DNA from: Firmicutes bacterium UBA2598
GTDB lineage: Bacteria > Bacillota > PH28-bin88
NCBI GenBank assembly: GCA_002339345.1
Contig: DDKM01000103.1
Coordinates: forward strand, 22,832 to 86,831
DNA length: 64,000 nt
Direction: 5' to 3'
This document shows positions 1-8,352 of this stretch, one piece after another (positions within the stretch are counted from its first letter, which is position 1; each line of letters opens with the position of its first letter). The notes beneath the pieces were generated by a model, which searched no databases, was not told where the DNA came from, and saw nothing but the letters and a program-made list of their open reading frames with translations. Position numbers and translations under genes: made by a program.

Positions 1-787
1 GATGCCGTACATGGAGTCATTAAGCATCATATCCAGCCGTTCCAGCGCTCCCATAACCGCAATTTCCGGCATGCACAGGCCCGAGCAGTAGTTGGTGAGG
101 CGGATGTAGCGGCCTATTTGCTCCCCCACCTCGTCCAGCGCCCGGCGCATAAGGCGAAAGTTTTCCTGAGTGGCGTAGGTTCCGCCAAAACCTTCGGTGG
201 TAGCGCCGTAGGGCACGTAGTCCAAAAGGCTCTGGCCGGTGGTACGGATAACAGCGATGATGTCAGCCCCCTGCCTGGCCGCGGCCTGGGCCTGTTTGAT
301 GTCTTCGTAGATATTACCGGTAGCCACAATGAGGTAAAGGTAAGGAGGCTCCCCCATTCCCAGCCTTTCCACCAGCTTATTCTTTTCCTCTCGTTTTGCC
401 TGGATAGCGGCACAAGCCTGTTCCGCCAGACTGTGCGCCAGTTCGGTCACCGCCCCCTCGTCACCCGGGGGTACGCCGTCCAAATGGAGGCTGCCCCCGG
501 CCACACGTAAAGCCACCTCCTGGGCAGTAATCCCGTGGAACCTCATGGCGTTGGCCACCGGGTAGACAGCCCCCTTGCCCAGCATACCTTTTTTATGCAG
601 GTGGTCCACCACCACGTTGGGCAGGGGAACCCCCTGGTCATTTACGCCATCCACCCCGAAGAGCCTCAAGGTAGCCCTTTCCACTGTGGTAGTGGTATAA
701 GAGCTTACCTGCTCCCAGACCTGGACGGCTATGTTCCTTGCCCTGGTACGGGCTTGATCGATAAGTTCGGTATCTAATGACAGATGG
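1..787 (-). CDS. kamD: lysine 5,6-aminomutase alpha subunit (KamD), N-terminal part; C-terminus lies beyond the window start
   Basis: The reverse-strand translation (VPHLSLDTELIDQAR...TVERA...VPLPNVVVDH...YLYLIVATGNIYEDIKQAQAAARQGADIIAVIRTTGQSLLDYVPYGATTEGFGGTYATQENFRLMRRALDEVGEQIGRYIRLTNYCSGLCMPEIAVMGALERLDMMLNDSMYGI) matches the recalled KamD N-terminus nearly residue-for-residue. A GTG start at 787 is preceded by GGAGGGAG. The reading frame stays open to position 1. Confidence 0.8.
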
Positions 788-884
788 GGCACCTACACTC
801 CCTCCCCCTTCGCCAACTTTCTCCTTATCCCCTCGCGTATTCTGCAGTGTCGTTCACCATGGTGCTCTTTTATCAGCGCTCTTT

Positions 885-1934
885 TCATACCCGATAGCCC
901 TTTCCAGCCACCACGTCCACCACCGGGTAGGGGAGAAACACCTCCCCCGCTGCCTTAAGAAAGGCTTCCTGGTCGAAGCCTGGGCTTAGGGGAGAAGTGG
1001 GGTTAAGGGTCACCGCTGCCAGGCGGATGGGCTCCGTGACACTGATGGACCCCCCGGCTGCCACGAAACCCCGCCAGACCTGCCTGGCGGCGAAAAGGCT
1101 GGCACCGCTCCTGATGACAAGATGTATGGGACCGGCTCTGGCCATTCCATCATTTAATGCGGCCAATACCCCGTCCCCTACCGCCCCGGCCAGCACCACC
1201 AGCCTGGTATCCGGGGTGAGGGACTGGGCAATGGCTTCCCCTGATATGAGGGACCCGCCTACTGCCAATAATCGCATCTCCCCGGCCTGGGTAACCAGTG
1301 TTGCCTTGGCCTGGTGCATCAGGTCGAGGCAAAAGGGCAGCAGCTCCTGGGTTACCTGGGGCAAGGCAAACCTTTCCACCCGGTCCAGCGTTTTGGCCAA
1401 CACATCGGGTATGGTGGAGCCCAGGGCTGCTCCGGTAGCCAGGATAACGCCGTCGGCCAGGGTTGGAGCAGCTGAACTCACCCTATCCAGTGCACCGTCA
1501 ACCAGCACCAGATCCGCCCCGTAGGCAAAGAGGGTACCGACCACTTTCCGCTGCTGCCACCCCAGGGTAGGACCGGTTAGCTCCACAAACCCCGGGGTGA
1601 TGACCCGGTAAAGGAACACTTCACCCATGGCGGTGGAATAGCCGGTACCCGCCAGCAGGTCCAACTCCACCTCACGATGTGCCAGACTTCCCAGCGTAGT
1701 AGCCAAAAGAGTGCTGGTTGGGGCATAGATCCCGGGTTTGGGAATATTAAAGACCGCGTCAACCCCTTCTCCGTCCCGGCCGATGGAAATAAGGCCCAGG
1801 GTCAACCCGCGCACGGCTGCCTCGGCAACCAGGTGGTTTAGGGTTACCGTTTTCCCCACATTTTTGGCCATCCCCACCACAGATACGCTTTTTAGTTGAT
1901 GTTTTAAGACTATATCCAGCAACAACCGTCCCAA
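885..1934 (-). CDS. P-loop NTPase of unknown function embedded in the kam operon (Walker A GMAKNVGKT); the start may be 9-12 nt downstream
   Basis: 349-aa ORF. Walker A motif VVGMAKNVGKT near the N-terminus; Gly/Ala-rich. It lies 19 nt after the kdd stop and 97 nt before kamD, so it is co-directional and operonic. Confidence 0.55.
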   Translation of the reverse strand: MGRLLLDIVLKHQLKSVSVVGMAKNVGKTVTLNHLVAEAAVRGLTLGLISIGRDGEGVDAVFNIPKPGIYAPTSTLLATTLGSLAHREVELDLLAGTGYSTAMGEVFLYRVITPGFVELTGPTLGWQQRKVVGTLFAYGADLVLVDGALDRVSSAAPTLADGVILATGAALGSTIPDVLAKTLDRVERFALPQVTQELLPFCLDLMHQAKATLVTQAGEMRLLAVGGSLISGEAIAQSLTPDTRLVVLAGAVGDGVLAALNDGMARAGPIHLVIRSGASLFAARQVWRGFVAAGGSISVTEPIRLAAVTLNPTSPLSPGFDQEAFLKAAGEVFLPYPVVDVVAGKGYRV

Positions 1935-1953
1935 CCCACCCCTGGTTCCTTAA

Positions 1954-2988
1954 CTAAGTATAAAGGGTTTCAAAGAGTTGCCGCAGTTGGGGGCTTTCCC
2001 GCAGAAGATTTAAGGCAATATCGGCATGGCGGTAGGCGTAGCCGTTCCCGATAATCATGGTTACATCCTTGCCTACTCCCTCCGCCCCCAAGGCGGCGGC
2101 GGTAAAGCTGGTGGCCATGGAGAAAAAATACACCGTTCCCCGGTCACGGGTAGCCAGAACAGACGCCATTTCCGTACCTGGGATGTTAACACAGTTAATA
2201 GTTACATCGGCCATGCGTCCTCCGGTTACCTTGGCCACCGCCTCCATAACCGCCACCGCATCGGTAGCACTGACCTGTAACACATGATCAGCCCAACCCA
2301 ACTCACGCATGCGCCGACAACTCCCCTCACCGGATCCGATCCCGATCACCGTACCGGTCACTCCCGCCCGCTTGCGCGCCTCGTACATGCTAAGAATGCC
2401 GGACTTGCCGCCTCCACCGATGATCACCACCGTATCACCCGGCTGCACCAGTCTGGCGGTCTGGGTAGGCGCCCCAGCCACATCCAATACCGCCAGGGCC
2501 AGGGTTTCCGGCATATCGGGCGGGAGCTTGGCATAGACGCCGGTTTCAAACAGGATGGCCTGGCCCTCCACCTCCACCTGGTCCCGCTCTAGGTGGACGG
2601 CATTGATCTCCTTGATCTTTAAGGGTGTCAGTGATAAAGAAACCAGGGTGGCGATACGGTCACCCTCTGTCAGCTCGATGCGGCTTTTCAGGTCCGGGCC
2701 AATGGCGGCCACAGTACCGATCAACATACCACCCGACCCGGTAGCCGGGTTGTGGTGTTTGCCGCGCTGTGCCACGATATCCAGCATGGTTTCCTTAATT
2801 TTTTCCACGTCGTTGTTGGCAGTCTTTTTGATCTGGGTAAAACTGGCGGCATCGATATTCAATACCGCTACGTCGATGAGGATCTCGTTATCGTACAGTT
2901 CCATCCGGTTGTCGATCTTCCACGCCGCCTGGGGCAGCATCCCCGCCGGTTCAATGACGCGGTGTACTCCGTAAGGTGAACCCTTCAT
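1954..2988 (-). CDS. kdd: L-erythro-3,5-diaminohexanoate dehydrogenase
   Basis: 344 aa. The N-terminus MKGSPYGVHRVIEPAGMLPQAAWKIDNRMELYDNEILIDVAVLNIDAASF matches Kdd of lysine fermenters. Rossmann motif GGGGKSG. ATG preceded by AGAGGG. Confidence 0.8.
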   Translation of the reverse strand: MKGSPYGVHRVIEPAGMLPQAAWKIDNRMELYDNEILIDVAVLNIDAASFTQIKKTANNDVEKIKETMLDIVAQRGKHHNPATGSGGMLIGTVAAIGPDLKSRIELTEGDRIATLVSLSLTPLKIKEINAVHLERDQVEVEGQAILFETGVYAKLPPDMPETLALAVLDVAGAPTQTARLVQPGDTVVIIGGGGKSGILSMYEARKRAGVTGTVIGIGSGEGSCRRMRELGWADHVLQVSATDAVAVMEAVAKVTGGRMADVTINCVNIPGTEMASVLATRDRGTVYFFSMATSFTAAALGAEGVGKDVTMIIGNGYAYRHADIALNLLRESPQLRQLFETLYT

Positions 2989-3030
2989 GCAACCCTCTCC
3001 CTTCAGGTTTTTTAATTTTTTGCCGAAAGC

Positions 3031-4284
3031 CTATACCGACCGGCGGCGTTTGAGGCGGTACAGGCCTGCCGGCTCCAGGCTGACCTGGCGACCGTGCATC
3101 AACTGGGCCGGGCCCACCTCGTCCTGGCCGGCCCGCTGCTGGCAGTACTGGCACTGGCAGGGCTCTATGGGATAATTGGGTTCGGTGTAGCGGGTGATGA
3201 CTCCCTCGTAATTGCGCAACACGACACCCTGGTCCCAGTGGGAAATCAGGTACTGGGGCGCCACCGGCACCTTGCCCCCGCCGCCGGGAGCGTCTACCAC
3301 ATAGGTGGGCACCGCGTAGCCGGAGGTATGGCCGCGCAGGGACTCGATGATCTCTATACCCTTGGCCACCGTGGTGCGGAAGTGATGGATGCCCACCGAC
3401 AGGTCACACTGGTAAAGGTAATAGGGCCGGACCCGCATTTTCACCAGTTCGTGGACTAGCCGCTGCATCACACTGGGGCAGTCATTAATCCCCCGTAGGA
3501 GCACCGACTGGTTGCCCATGGGAATGCCCGCGTCCACCAGCCGGGCGCAGGCCTGGCGGGAATCGGTTGTAATTTCCCTGGGGTGGTTGAAGTGGGTGTT
3601 TACCCATACGGGGTGGTATTTGGCCAGCATGCGGCAGAGTTCGCCGGTAATCCGGTAAGGTATTACCACCGGTGCCCGGGTGCCAATGCGAATGACTTCC
3701 ACATGGGGAATAGCCCGCAGTTTCCTTAAAATATACTCCAACTTGCCGTCACTCATCATCAGGGGATCGCCGCCGGAAAGCAGCACGTCCCTCACCGCCG
3801 GTGTCTGCCTGATATAGTCGATACACTGGTCCAATTCGGGGATGGACCGGACCCGGTCGGTGGCACCGGCCATCCGCCGGCGGGTACAGTGGCGGCAGTA
3901 CATGGCACAGCTGTCAGTGACCAGGAAAAGTACCCGGTCAGGGTAGCGGTGGGTTAAACCTGGTACCGGAGAATCGGCATCCTCCGCCAGGGGGTCGGGC
4001 AGATCCTCACCAGTCTGCAGCACCTCCCTGGCGCTGGGCACCGCCTGCCGCCGTATTGGGCAGTTCACATTGCCCGGTTCCATCAGGGTGGCGTAATAGG
4101 GGGTGATGGCCATTCGGAAGGTGGCCAGGCAGGCCCTGATCCCCTCCTCTTCTTCAGCCGTTAAGGGGATGATCTGTTTTACTTCCTCCAGGGTGGTTAG
4201 GCGGTTATGCACTTGCCAGCGCCAGTCCTGCCACTGTTCGGGTAAGACATTCTGCCAAAGGGCGATCTTGCGGTAATCGATCAT
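3031..4284 (-). CDS. kamA: lysine 2,3-aminomutase (radical SAM)
   Basis: The track ORF 3031..4497 has a ~71-aa spurious N-terminal extension. The real start is ATG at 4284 (MIDYRKIALWQNVLPEQWQDWRWQVHNRLTTLEEVKQIIPLTAEEEEGI, the classic KamA N-terminus), preceded by AGGAAGGAGG. Radical-SAM motif CAMYCRHCTRRR. Confidence 0.85.
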   Translation of the reverse strand: MIDYRKIALWQNVLPEQWQDWRWQVHNRLTTLEEVKQIIPLTAEEEEGIRACLATFRMAITPYYATLMEPGNVNCPIRRQAVPSAREVLQTGEDLPDPLAEDADSPVPGLTHRYPDRVLFLVTDSCAMYCRHCTRRRMAGATDRVRSIPELDQCIDYIRQTPAVRDVLLSGGDPLMMSDGKLEYILRKLRAIPHVEVIRIGTRAPVVIPYRITGELCRMLAKYHPVWVNTHFNHPREITTDSRQACARLVDAGIPMGNQSVLLRGINDCPSVMQRLVHELVKMRVRPYYLYQCDLSVGIHHFRTTVAKGIEIIESLRGHTSGYAVPTYVVDAPGGGGKVPVAPQYLISHWDQGVVLRNYEGVITRYTEPNYPIEPCQCQYCQQRAGQDEVGPAQLMHGRQVSLEPAGLYRLKRRRSV

Positions 4285-4313
4285 GTTAATCCTCCTTCCT
4301 ACACAACAGTCAT

Positions 4314-4329
4314 AGCAAAGGCCATACCA
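4314..4329 (-). promoter_or_regulatory. sigma-54 (-24/-12) promoter of the kamA operon: TGGTAT-N5-TTGCT
   Basis: Minus-strand read ACCTGGTATGGCCTTTGCTATGACTGTTGTGTAGGAAGGAGGATTAACATG. GG and GC are exactly 12 nt apart. The -12 element lies ~33 nt upstream of the kamA ATG. A sigma-54 activator is encoded 2 kb upstream. Confidence 0.65.
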
Positions 4330-4470
4330 GGTATCCCCAGACGGCCAGGGGGTGGGGAGGTGTTTCACAACGCGGGGCAGCGGGGATATACACCAAGCCG
4401 TCACCCAGGGTGTGGGGTTGGCATGGGGCTGGTATGGGGGCCGACATGGTGCAGGAAGGGTCGATGTCTC

Positions 4471-4494
4471 TGCACATTTTTCGGCACTCCTGCC
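4471..4494 (-). promoter_or_regulatory. candidate enhancer/UAS motif TGCACATTTTTCGGCACTCCTGCC, ~150 bp upstream of the kamA sigma-54 promoter
   Basis: 19 of 25 positions are identical to the motif at 6421..6445. A related inverted repeat sits at 8078..8100 in front of the regulator gene. Confidence 0.5.
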
Positions 4495-4687
4495 CAATTC
4501 CGGGCGAGGGTACCGGAGCAGGGGCAGAAAATGCTTGCAGGATGTTGGGCACAGAAGGCATGGCCAGGCTGACGGGGAGAGAACCCGGAGGTGGTGTGCT
4601 TAACCGGTCCAGGGCCATAATAGCACATATCAAGAAAGTGTCCTTAATCGGGCCATGGCCATGTTCGGCGTGGGGAGAGAATTGGGG

Positions 4688-4715
4688 GAAATGCGCAAGG
4701 GGGGCGGTGCCCCCC
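4688..4715 (-). terminator. putative intrinsic terminator after the NhaC transporter gene (GGGGGG-CACCG-CCCCCC followed by TTGCGCATTT)
   Basis: GC hairpin 25 nt after the stop. The U-tract is imperfect. Confidence 0.4.
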
Positions 4716-4739
4716 TTCGTATAACCCGGTCAGCTGTAA

Positions 4740-6311
4740 TTAAGGATTTGGGCGGGCTGTCTTTTCACCCAGCAGTTCTATGGTGTCCCGGTTGAGGCGG
4801 CCAAGGGCCAGCACTAGTGCCACCAGCACCGCCAGGCCAACCGCCAGGGCAAGTACCACGCTGGAAACTAACCCGGCCACCAGGAAACCGGCCAGTGATG
4901 CCACAGCAACGGTTAGGGCATAGGGAAGTTGGGTACGTACGTGGTCGATATGGGGGCATCCGGCCCCGGTGGAGGAAAGGATGGTAGTATCGGACAGGGG
5001 TGAACAGTGGTCACCGAAGATGGCGCCGCTGAACAGGGCCCCCAGGGCCAGCGTCATGTTGATGTCGGCAGACACGACCAGGGGCACGGTAATGGGGATC
5101 ATCACAGCGAAGGTACCCCAGGAGGTACCAGTAGCGAAGGCCATCAGGCATGCCACCAGGAAGATGGCGGCCGGGACCAGCCACGCGGGCAGGTTGGCGT
5201 TGACCACTTCCGCCACGTAGGCGCCTGTACCCAGCTTGCCCACCACCCCGCCGATGGTCCAGGCCAGGGCCAGGATCAGCACTGCGCTCAACATGGATTT
5301 CATGCCCTGGATCACAGCGGTCATGGACTGGTTAACATAGAGCACACCCCTCACCCGGTAAAAGCCCACGCTGATCACCAGGGTAATGAAGGCCGCATAG
5401 AACAGGGCGGTGATGGAGTCGGTGTCCTGGAAGGACTGGGCGATGGTCTTGCCTCCCTCGAAATAGCCGCCGGTATAGAGCATGGCCAGGACAGATGTGA
5501 CCACCAGGATGAGCACCGGCAGAAACATGTCCACCGGCTTGCCCCTTTCCGATACATCCAGGTCGGCCAGGTCGTCACCGGGAGTGGCGATGGCCGCCGG
5601 GTCATAAACCTGACCCTCCATGAGCGCCCTTTTTTCCGCCCTGGCCATGGGGCCGAACTCCAGGCGGGTGAAGATGGTAATGGCGACCATGATGAGTGCC
5701 AGCCAGGCGTACAGGTTGAAGGGGATAGTATACAGGAACTGCAGGAACGGTCCGGTGGCGATGTTGTTGGCATTGAACTGGTCGGTCAGGATACCGATAA
5801 TGTAGGCCACCCAGGATGAAACCGGGGCGAGGATGGTGACCGGGGCAGCTGTTGAGTCAATGATGTAGGCCAGTTTTTCCCGGGACAGGCGGAACCGGTC
5901 GGCCACCGGCCGCAGCACCGAGCCGACGGTCAAGCAGTTGAAATAATCGTCCAGGAAGATGAGAATACCGGCGCCAAAGGCCACGCCCTGGCTGCCTTTG
6001 CGGCTGTGGATGCGCTCCGCCGCCCAGCGGGCGAAGGCAGCCGACCCGCCCGAGCGGACGGCCAGGCCGATGACACTCCCCAGCAGCAGCATATAAAAGA
6101 CCAGCCGGATATTCCACGAAGGGTCACCCACTTTTTCGAACATTATGTCAAATGCCTGCACGAAAGTATTAAGAAGATTGCCGTCATTCAAAATGAAGGT
6201 CCCCACCAGGATACCCAGGAGCAGAGAAAGGTAGACCTCCCGGGTGACAATGGCGAGGATGATGGCTACTAAAGGCGGTAAGAGGGATAATATCCCATAG
6301 TTTTCCACCAA
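4740..6311 (-). CDS. NhaC-family membrane transporter (Na+/H+ antiporter family; candidate amino-acid or lysine transporter)
   Basis: 523 aa and polytopic. The N-terminus VENYGILSLLPPLVAIILAIVTREVYLSLLLGILVG is NhaC-like. TTG/GTG start after AGGAGGTG. It sits between the sigma-54 regulator and kamA. Confidence 0.7.
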   Translation of the reverse strand: MVENYGILSLLPPLVAIILAIVTREVYLSLLLGILVGTFILNDGNLLNTFVQAFDIMFEKVGDPSWNIRLVFYMLLLGSVIGLAVRSGGSAAFARWAAERIHSRKGSQGVAFGAGILIFLDDYFNCLTVGSVLRPVADRFRLSREKLAYIIDSTAAPVTILAPVSSWVAYIIGILTDQFNANNIATGPFLQFLYTIPFNLYAWLALIMVAITIFTRLEFGPMARAEKRALMEGQVYDPAAIATPGDDLADLDVSERGKPVDMFLPVLILVVTSVLAMLYTGGYFEGGKTIAQSFQDTDSITALFYAAFITLVISVGFYRVRGVLYVNQSMTAVIQGMKSMLSAVLILALAWTIGGVVGKLGTGAYVAEVVNANLPAWLVPAAIFLVACLMAFATGTSWGTFAVMIPITVPLVVSADINMTLALGALFSGAIFGDHCSPLSDTTILSSTGAGCPHIDHVRTQLPYALTVAVASLAGFLVAGLVSSVVLALAVGLAVLVALVLALGRLNRDTIELLGEKTARPNP

Positions 6312-6412
6312 AGTTTCACCTCCTGTTCAATTTAACACCGGGATACCAGGTTCACCTCCTTTCCGGCAGGGTTACACGGCTCCTGCCAACACCGCTCCTG
6401 TGCCCGTTTTCC

Positions 6413-6445
6413 GGCACCTGGTGCCTATTTTTAGGCACTACTTCC
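6413..6445 (-). promoter_or_regulatory. two overlapping palindromes (GGCAC-CTG-GTGCC and GTGCCTA-TTTT-TAGGCAC) plus the shared AAAAAT motif, abutting the regulator stop codon and upstream of the transporter
   Basis: Perfect 5-3-5 and 7-4-7 inverted repeats. The motif GTGCCTATTTTTAGGCACTACTTCC matches 4471..4494. Either a regulator-binding site or an inter-cistronic attenuator. Confidence 0.5.
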
Positions 6446-8012
6446 CGGCTACACCGGCAGGATCGTCCATGGGTAGCTGGCGCAGGCGGTACTGCAGGGT
6501 CTGGCGGGGAATGCCGAGCAGGGCCGCAGCACGGGACACGTTACCCCCGGCCTGGGCCAGTGCCTGCCGGATCCGGTCCGCCTCCACCCGGCGCAGTTCT
6601 ACCCGCAGGGGAGGTTTATCCCCCCAGGTCCCCCGGCAAGGTGCCCAAAATTGGCCATCCCCACCCGGCACCGGTGCCTCACCCCCCGGTGAAGGCGTGC
6701 CACCTGGGGCTGGCCCTCTGTCCCGGGCCTGGAGTGTTGGGTGGGTGGCTGCGTTCTTGGACTTTTCTGCTGGGATCACCGACTGTTCCAGGTACGCACG
6801 CAGGGCCGGTGGCAGGTGTTCCGCCTGGATGACCGGGGCATCCATGATATTCATGGCCCCTTCGATGGTGTATTCCAGTTCCCGGACGTTGCCGGGCCAG
6901 GGGTAGACCTGGAACAGTTGCTGCACATCAGCTGCCACCCCCTGCACGGCCATCCCCAGGCGTTTGTTAAACCGGGTGATGAAATATCCGGTGAGCAGGG
7001 GGATATCTGCCCGGCGCTCCCGTAAGGGCGGCATCTGGACCGAGACCACATTCAGCCGGTAGTAGAGGTCGGAGCGCAGCCTACCCTCCTGGACCTCCCT
7101 GAGGGGGTCGAGATTGGTGGCAGCAATCACCCGCACATCTACCGGCCGGACCACCCCGTCTCCCAACCGGCGGACGCTGCTTTCCTGCAAAACGCGCAGC
7201 AGTTTGGCCTGGAGATTGATATTCATACAGGTGATCTCATCCAGGAAAAGGGTACCCCCATGGGCAAGTTCAAATAGGCCCGGCCTGTTCTCCGCCCCGG
7301 TAAAACTGCCCTTCACCGAACCAAAGAGGATCCCTTCCAGCAACGCCTCGGGCAGGGCGGCACAGTTCTGGGCCACAAAGGGGGCCTCCCTCCTGGGCCC
7401 GGCATTGTGGATGGCCTGGACCAGCAGTTCCTTGCCGGTGCCCGTTTCCCCGTAAACCAATACAGGAGAGGTACTACGGGCCGCCCGCAGGGCAGCCTTC
7501 TTGGTGGCCAGCAGGGCCGGACAGTTGCCGATCAGGTCATCCATGGTGTACCTGGCCTGCCGGGCAGCCTGGTTCCCCTCCTGGGTCCGGCACAATTCAG
7601 CCTGCAGGTGGACGATCTGGCTGGCCAACTCGTTTACCCTGGTAAGGTCCTTGGCGATTTCCACTGCCCCTACCAGCATACCTTCAAGGAAAACCGGCAG
7701 GGTGGAGTTTACTGTGACCACCATTTTGCCTTTGAAGTTGCGAAAAGTCTGCTGGAGGTTGTATATGGGCTCCCGGGTCTTTAACACCCGGAGCAGGGTG
7801 CTGGTCTCCACCGTCAAGGATGGGAAAACTTCCAGGAGCGGCCGGCCGATTACCTCTTCCGGCTCCAACCCCTCGTAGCTGCCTGCCACCCTGTTGTAAT
7901 AGATGGTGACACCAGCGGCATCCACCACATGAATTCCCTCATCCACCGCTTCCATGATCACTGACAGCAGTTGCCCCATCCCTGCTACCCCGAGCCCGGC
8001 AGCAATGGTCAT
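6438..8012 (-). CDS. sigma-54-dependent transcriptional activator (PAS sensor + AAA+ sigma-54 interaction domain + C-terminal Fis-type HTH)
   Basis: 524 aa. Walker A GETGTGKE, the GAFTGA-type loop GSFTGA, the ESELFGH-like and RR/NVREL motifs, and a C-terminal HTH (AAALLGIPRQTLQYRLRQL). The N-terminal ~120 aa are PAS-like. Confidence 0.85.
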   Translation of the reverse strand: MTIAAGLGVAGMGQLLSVIMEAVDEGIHVVDAAGVTIYYNRVAGSYEGLEPEEVIGRPLLEVFPSLTVETSTLLRVLKTREPIYNLQQTFRNFKGKMVVTVNSTLPVFLEGMLVGAVEIAKDLTRVNELASQIVHLQAELCRTQEGNQAARQARYTMDDLIGNCPALLATKKAALRAARSTSPVLVYGETGTGKELLVQAIHNAGPRREAPFVAQNCAALPEALLEGILFGSVKGSFTGAENRPGLFELAHGGTLFLDEITCMNINLQAKLLRVLQESSVRRLGDGVVRPVDVRVIAATNLDPLREVQEGRLRSDLYYRLNVVSVQMPPLRERRADIPLLTGYFITRFNKRLGMAVQGVAADVQQLFQVYPWPGNVRELEYTIEGAMNIMDAPVIQAEHLPPALRAYLEQSVIPAEKSKNAATHPTLQARDRGPAPGGTPSPGGEAPVPGGDGQFWAPCRGTWGDKPPLRVELRRVEADRIRQALAQAGGNVSRAAALLGIPRQTLQYRLRQLPMDDPAGVAGK

Positions 8013-8043
8013 CCCCGTTTCCCTCCTTCACCACAGAATACTA

Positions 8044-8059
8044 TGCAGGAAATGTGCCA
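8044..8059 (-). promoter_or_regulatory. sigma-54 promoter TGGCAC-N5-CTGCA in front of the regulator gene
   Basis: Minus-strand read CCTGGCACATTTCCTGCATAGTATTCTGTGGTGAAGGAGGGAAACGGGGATG. Perfect -24 element, -12 GC correctly spaced, ~32 nt to the ATG. Confidence 0.7.
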
Positions 8060-8077
8060 GGAATCAGCCCTCCTCGG

Positions 8078-8100
8078 TGCATCAGCAGGAAAAATGCACA
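8078..8100 (-). promoter_or_regulatory. inverted repeat GTGCAT-N11-ATGCAC with an AAAAAT core, just upstream of the regulator promoter
   Basis: GTGCATCAGCAGGAAAAATGCAC. Its reverse complement CTGTGCATTTTTCCTGC resembles the kamA and transporter motifs. Confidence 0.4.
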
Positions 8101-8283
8101 GAATTAGGATAGGGGGCGCGGCTGATCGCCGCCGACCCTCCTGCACCAACCTGGCATGCGGTTTTTGTTAATCGGGCGGGGTACCCACACCTCGCGGTGG
8201 ACACCCTTGTCCTTGGCTTTTGGTTCCCACTGCCAAGGCCATAGCGGACTTTCACCGCCAAGCTATCGCCCATGCCGGGCACA

Positions 8284-8324
8284 CCCATAAAAGGCAGTAA
8301 CCTGGAACAGTTCCAGGTTACTGC
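8284..8324 (-). terminator. rho-independent terminator of acs (also usable on the plus strand)
   Basis: Perfect 15-bp-stem palindrome GGCAGTAACCTGGAAC-AG-GTTCCAGGTTACTGCC followed by TTTTATGGG on the minus strand. Confidence 0.85.
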
Positions 8325-8352
8325 CTTTATGGCCCAGGCCTTTGGCAAGGCT

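Noticed and set aside
997-1524. Long antisense ORFs opposite real genes (e.g. 997..1524+, 5007..5819+, 12261..12932+, 17041..17919+, 20092..20796+, 22132..23097+, 39179..40048+, 43252..44097+, 51446..52057+)
   Set aside because: High-GC antisense frames of well-supported genes. They have low-complexity Arg/Pro/Ser-rich products, no RBS and no homology signal.
4285-4497. N-terminal extensions in the ORF track (kamA to 4497, ppdK to 13424, comEC to 53824, rpsU to 31167, leuS to 60882, rpsT from 48546, thiI-like from 54059)
   Set aside because: Conserved N-termini and good RBS are found at internal ATG/GTG/TTG starts. The extensions overlap upstream genes or promoters.
4310-4724. Cluster of overlapping 60-107-aa ORFs on both strands in the kamA upstream region
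   Set aside because: They are mutually overlapping, lack RBS, have high-GC Pro/Gly-rich translations, and cover the sigma-54 promoter, the UAS motif and a terminator. I read them as a non-coding regulatory region.
6330-6348. Candidate sigma-54 promoter for the transporter (ACCTGGTAT-CCCGG-TGTTA) sharing ACCTGGTAT with the kamA promoter
   Set aside because: The -12 element lacks the conserved GC (GT at the critical position). The transporter may instead be co-transcribed with the regulator. I kept it as a remark only.
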